64,000 nucleotides of DNA from a virus: positions 1 through 64,000 of the IMG/VR virus record IMGVR_UViG_3300011116_000574; one strand, written 5' to 3'. A model generated the notes under the pieces. The model saw only the letters and a list, made by a program, of their open reading frames with translations. It had not been told where the DNA came from and ran no database searches. The translations under genes were made by a program, and so were the position numbers. Position 1 is the stretch's first letter. Each line of letters starts with the position of its first letter. Positions 60,727-64,000 of the stretch are shown here, one piece after another.

Positions 60727-61911
60727 ATGAGTAACGAACTTTTACAGAAAGTAATTGATACAAGCAATCTTGGCGCAAACAGCCCATTGACCTCAACAGG
60801 TGACAATGGACCTACAGCACAGGGTGGTGCTGGTCTCCTTTACCCAGATCAGGCTAATCGTTTCTTGGACTACATGTGGGATGCAACAATCTTGGCTAAG
60901 TCAGCTCGTACAATCCGTATGCGCTCAAACACAACCGAAATTGACCGTCTTGCAGTTGGTCAGAGAATTATGACAGTTGCAACAGAAGATAATCCTCGTG
61001 ATTACACAAATAGCACAGGCGCAGGTTTTACTGCTGCAGGTGCTGTATTCTCAAAGATCTCTTTGACAACCCGCAAGCTTCGTCTAGACTGGGAACTTTC
61101 AGCTGAAGCTCTTGAGGATAACCTTGAGGGTCCAGATTTGGAAGATCACATCGCTCGTCTGATGGCAACACAGGCTGGTAACGATGTCGAAGATGTTCTG
61201 ATTAATGGTGATGGTTCTTCAGCAGGTCTGATGGGTGCTTTCAAAGGCTTCCGCACACTTGCTAATACGAATGCACATGTCGTTGATGCACAGGGTTACG
61301 GTCTAGATAAGGCTGTATTCAACCTTGCAATCAAGACCTTGCCTCGTAAGTACAAGCAACGCCGTAATCAGCTAAGATTCTTCGCTGGTTCTAACTTGGT
61401 ACAGGACTATTTGTATAACTTGACTAACACAGTTGGCAACTTCCTCCCATTTGATATCTCTTCAGGTATCATCCGTGGCGATGTAGCAGCTAACGATGGT
61501 GGTCCAGGTACCACAACGCCATTTGCGTTTGGTATCCCAGTTATCAATGTTCCGCTAATCGATGAGACTCGTGCTGGCACATACGCTGGTGCGAATGGTC
61601 TGCATGGTGATGTCCACTTGACATTCCCACAGAACTTTATCGTTGGTATCAAGCGTGATGTTGTTGTTTACCGTCAGTTCGTGGCAAAGAAAGATACAAT
61701 TGAATACACTCTATTCATTCGTGTCGGCTGTGCCCTAGAGAACTACGATGCACATGTTCTTGTTAAGAACATTAAGGTTGCAGGTACAACCGTACCACAA
61801 GGTTCAACATTCGGCTCTTTTGCAAATGGGTCTGGTCTAACAGACGACACTGCAGTAAGAGGTTCAAATGTAAACTTGAATCCAGGTACTGGAGGAGTTT
61901 CAACCTTCTAA
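60727..61911 (+). CDS. major capsid protein (HK97 fold)
   Basis: Follows protease; GLLYPDQANRF, EALEDNLEG, LPRKYK; biased codon usage; terminator after. Confidence 0.92.
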   Translation: MSNELLQKVIDTSNLGANSPLTSTGDNGPTAQGGAGLLYPDQANRFLDYMWDATILAKSARTIRMRSNTTEIDRLAVGQRIMTVATEDNPRDYTNSTGAGFTAAGAVFSKISLTTRKLRLDWELSAEALEDNLEGPDLEDHIARLMATQAGNDVEDVLINGDGSSAGLMGAFKGFRTLANTNAHVVDAQGYGLDKAVFNLAIKTLPRKYKQRRNQLRFFAGSNLVQDYLYNLTNTVGNFLPFDISSGIIRGDVAANDGGPGTTTPFAFGIPVINVPLIDETRAGTYAGANGLHGDVHLTFPQNFIVGIKRDVVVYRQFVAKKDTIEYTLFIRVGCALENYDAHVLVKNIKVAGTTVPQGSTFGSFANGSGLTDDTAVRGSNVNLNPGTGGVSTF

Positions 61912-61929
61912 CATTAAGCGTGTTGTGGG

Positions 61930-61958
61930 TAAAGGGAGCATATATTGGCTCCCTTTAT
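61930..61958 (+). terminator. intrinsic terminator
   Basis: TAAAGGGAGC-N-GCTCCCTTTA. Confidence 0.8.
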
Positions 61959-62010
61959 TCATTTTTAATATTATTTGGTATAATAATTCTATAAGAGAAA
62001 GAGGAATCAA

Positions 62011-62403
62011 ATGTCTTTTGATACTTTAAAAGTACAAGAATTGCGAGATATCGCAGAATCATTTGCCGTAGATTTGCCAGCAAAGATTTCAAAGCAGCAA
62101 CTAATAATGCTACTTGAAGAAGAGGGCGTAACCTACGACACATACCAAAGATTTTTTGAGAGTGAAAAACTTGAACCACAGCCAGATCCAAGCCCAAGAG
62201 CACAAAATCTGGATGTATCTTCACCAAATGTTGTTTTGGTAAAGATGGAAAGAGGCAATATGTCTTATCAAGTTGGAAACTATGTTTTCAGTTATGAACA
62301 TCCATTTGTTCCAATGACGGAATCAGATGCTCAAAGAATCTTTGACACCTATGAAGGTTTTAGATTAGCTACACCTAGAGAAGTCCAGGAATTCTACGGC
62401 TAG
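62011..62403 (+). CDS. hypothetical protein with Rho-N/HeH-like N-terminus
   Basis: LKVQELRDIAE...KQQLI. Confidence 0.6.
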   Translation: MSFDTLKVQELRDIAESFAVDLPAKISKQQLIMLLEEEGVTYDTYQRFFESEKLEPQPDPSPRAQNLDVSSPNVVLVKMERGNMSYQVGNYVFSYEHPFVPMTESDAQRIFDTYEGFRLATPREVQEFYG

Positions 62404-62422
62404 TCTTATTGGAGGAATTTAA

Positions 62423-63364
62423 TTGCAACAGATCCACAATGGAACTCAGGAAACAGTTTCATTAGAAATTTATAAGCAAGGACAATTAACAAATGCTGAC
62501 GGAGCAGTATTAGTAAAAATTAAAGATGCAGATGACGGTACTATCCTATTGTCATCTGCATCTGCTACTAATGAACAGCCAGAAGGTCAGTATTCGTTTG
62601 AAATCACCCCAGATTTAACATCTGAAAATCGGGTACTTCAAATTATTTGGTCCTATACACTAAGTGGAAAAGCCACATCACAAACACAATATGCTCAAAT
62701 AGTTACACCATACGCTTTAGTTAGTGATATTGTAGACTACTATAATATTGGAACTAAGCCATCAGAAATTAACTATTATTCACAGTCACAAATATTATCT
62801 GCAGAACAAATTGCAAGAACTATGATTAACAACTACACAAGCCTTGATTTTGGTAAAAGGTATGGTTTTCAAGAAATCTTTGGTTCTGGTAGCGATGCTT
62901 TAGAATTAACTGAAAAAATGCTATATGTAGACAAAGTTTATGAAAATGAAACTTTGCAGGTAGATTACACTGCAAGTCCCGCCTATAATGTTTTTGGGTA
63001 TGATGTAGAACTAAGTCCTACAGGAAAAGTTGTTAGAATTTTAAATACATTTAACAATGTTAGATACGACAATCAGGTAGATCCAACAATTCTGTACTAC
63101 GGCAAATTCCGCGATAACGCCCGCTATAAAATTTATGGAGAAATTGGGTATAATTATGTACCCCAAGATATTAAACTTTGCTCTCTGTTGCTTGTAGGGG
63201 ATTTATTAAGCAATGACGCAGCATGGCGAACCAAATATTTGAAGAAAGTAAATCTTGCTGAAGTAACCTTTGAGTTAGCAGCGGGGGCTTTCAATGGTAC
63301 AGGCAATGTCATTGTAGATGGAATCTTAGATCAATACCGTAATTACAACATTGTGGTGATTTAA
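62423..63364 (+). CDS. head-tail adaptor
   Basis: Position; GYNYVPQDIK, TGNVIVDGILDQYR. Confidence 0.7.
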   Translation: MQQIHNGTQETVSLEIYKQGQLTNADGAVLVKIKDADDGTILLSSASATNEQPEGQYSFEITPDLTSENRVLQIIWSYTLSGKATSQTQYAQIVTPYALVSDIVDYYNIGTKPSEINYYSQSQILSAEQIARTMINNYTSLDFGKRYGFQEIFGSGSDALELTEKMLYVDKVYENETLQVDYTASPAYNVFGYDVELSPTGKVVRILNTFNNVRYDNQVDPTILYYGKFRDNARYKIYGEIGYNYVPQDIKLCSLLLVGDLLSNDAAWRTKYLKKVNLAEVTFELAAGAFNGTGNVIVDGILDQYRNYNIVVI

Positions 63365-63820
63365 ATGTCTGTGTTTCAACTTAACTCATATGTAAATACA
63401 TTTATGAATATGTCTGCCGATATATTTGTTCAGAAAAATATACAATCTGAAAGTGGTGCCATGACTCGTCAATGGGTATATGATCAGACAATTCATTGCA
63501 AAGTTATGTCAGTCCAAGACAAAGGTGGTCGTGGAGCATCAGATGACAAACAGTATAGTACTGGTGCTACAGGATATATCGAGGATGTTCATGTTAAAAT
63601 GCAATCTCCAATTAGGCTAAGCAAGCGTTGGCGGGTTGGAAATGTTATTTCTGCAAATGGAGAAAGAATATTTATTGAACCAGATAGACTAGACCTTGAA
63701 GATACAGTCTTTGATATTGTTTCTAATCACCCAGTTTTAGACCCATTTGGGCAAATTGCATACTACGCTATTAACTTACGAAGGGCACAGGTTCAAAATA
63801 ATGATATCGTTACAGTTTAA
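63365..63820 (+). CDS. head closure / stopper protein
   Basis: Position after adaptor; beta-rich. Confidence 0.6.
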   Translation: MSVFQLNSYVNTFMNMSADIFVQKNIQSESGAMTRQWVYDQTIHCKVMSVQDKGGRGASDDKQYSTGATGYIEDVHVKMQSPIRLSKRWRVGNVISANGERIFIEPDRLDLEDTVFDIVSNHPVLDPFGQIAYYAINLRRAQVQNNDIVTV

Positions 63821-64000
63821 AAATATAGATTCTTTATATAAAGAATTAGAAAAAAAGGTTGCTGGGATAAACGAACTTATGAAACCAGCCACAAAAAACG
63901 AAGTTTCCAAAGCTCTTTTTACAATTACTGGAAAAAAGTTTTTAAAAGATATTGGCATAGCAGCAAGACTAGATCCACAGAAATTTTTTCATGTTTTTGA
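63801..64000 (+). CDS. partial neck/tail-completion protein
   Basis: Open frame from ATG 63801 to window end. Confidence 0.5.
   Translation, partial: MISLQFKNIDSLYKELEKKVAGINELMKPATKNEVSKALFTITGKKFLKDIGIAARLDPQKFFHVF

Noticed and set aside
1-64000. Prophage or host chromosomal DNA
   Set aside because: No integrase, repressor or housekeeping operons; host-like genes are interleaved with phage genes under phage-type promoters.

Overview
The whole window is part of a large lytic tailed phage (Caudoviricetes), AT-rich, most likely infecting Actinobacteria (two WhiB genes, an Lsr2-like gene, many leaderless promoters). Layout: (1) 0-3.7 kb and 11.2-18.8 kb, two sugar-nucleotide/glycosyltransferase clusters, including an apparent GDP-colitose pathway; (2) 4.5-11.2 kb, terminase, lysis genes, Dps, two HNH endonucleases, five tRNAs and two unexplained structured RNAs; (3) 18.9-26.7 kb, a compact tmRNA and host-like accessory genes (3'-phosphatase, WhiB, thioredoxin, HslV-like protease, GroES); (4) about 27.9-28.4 kb, a non-coding DnaA-box cluster (candidate origin); (5) 28.2-46.4 kb, an ~18 kb mostly minus-strand array of small genes and tRNA-Asp, cut into cassettes by ~23 copies of a composite element (CAGAGA-N12-14-TCGTAA plus CGGG-N4-CCCG) and driven by ~28 TGTC-N12-TANNNT promoters; (6) 47.9-64 kb, glycosyltransferase, class II ribonucleotide reductase, fibre/lectin proteins, portal, protease-scaffold, major capsid and head-completion genes. 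Strongest candidates for undescribed biology: the cassette array, whose repeats concentrate restriction-type sites (GATC, AGCT, GCWGC, CCWGG) that the intervening genes avoid, and a WxGxF motif shared by the scaffold C-terminus and three unrelated proteins, suggesting a capsid cargo-loading signal. All counts were made by eye and all family assignments come from motif recognition, not database searches.
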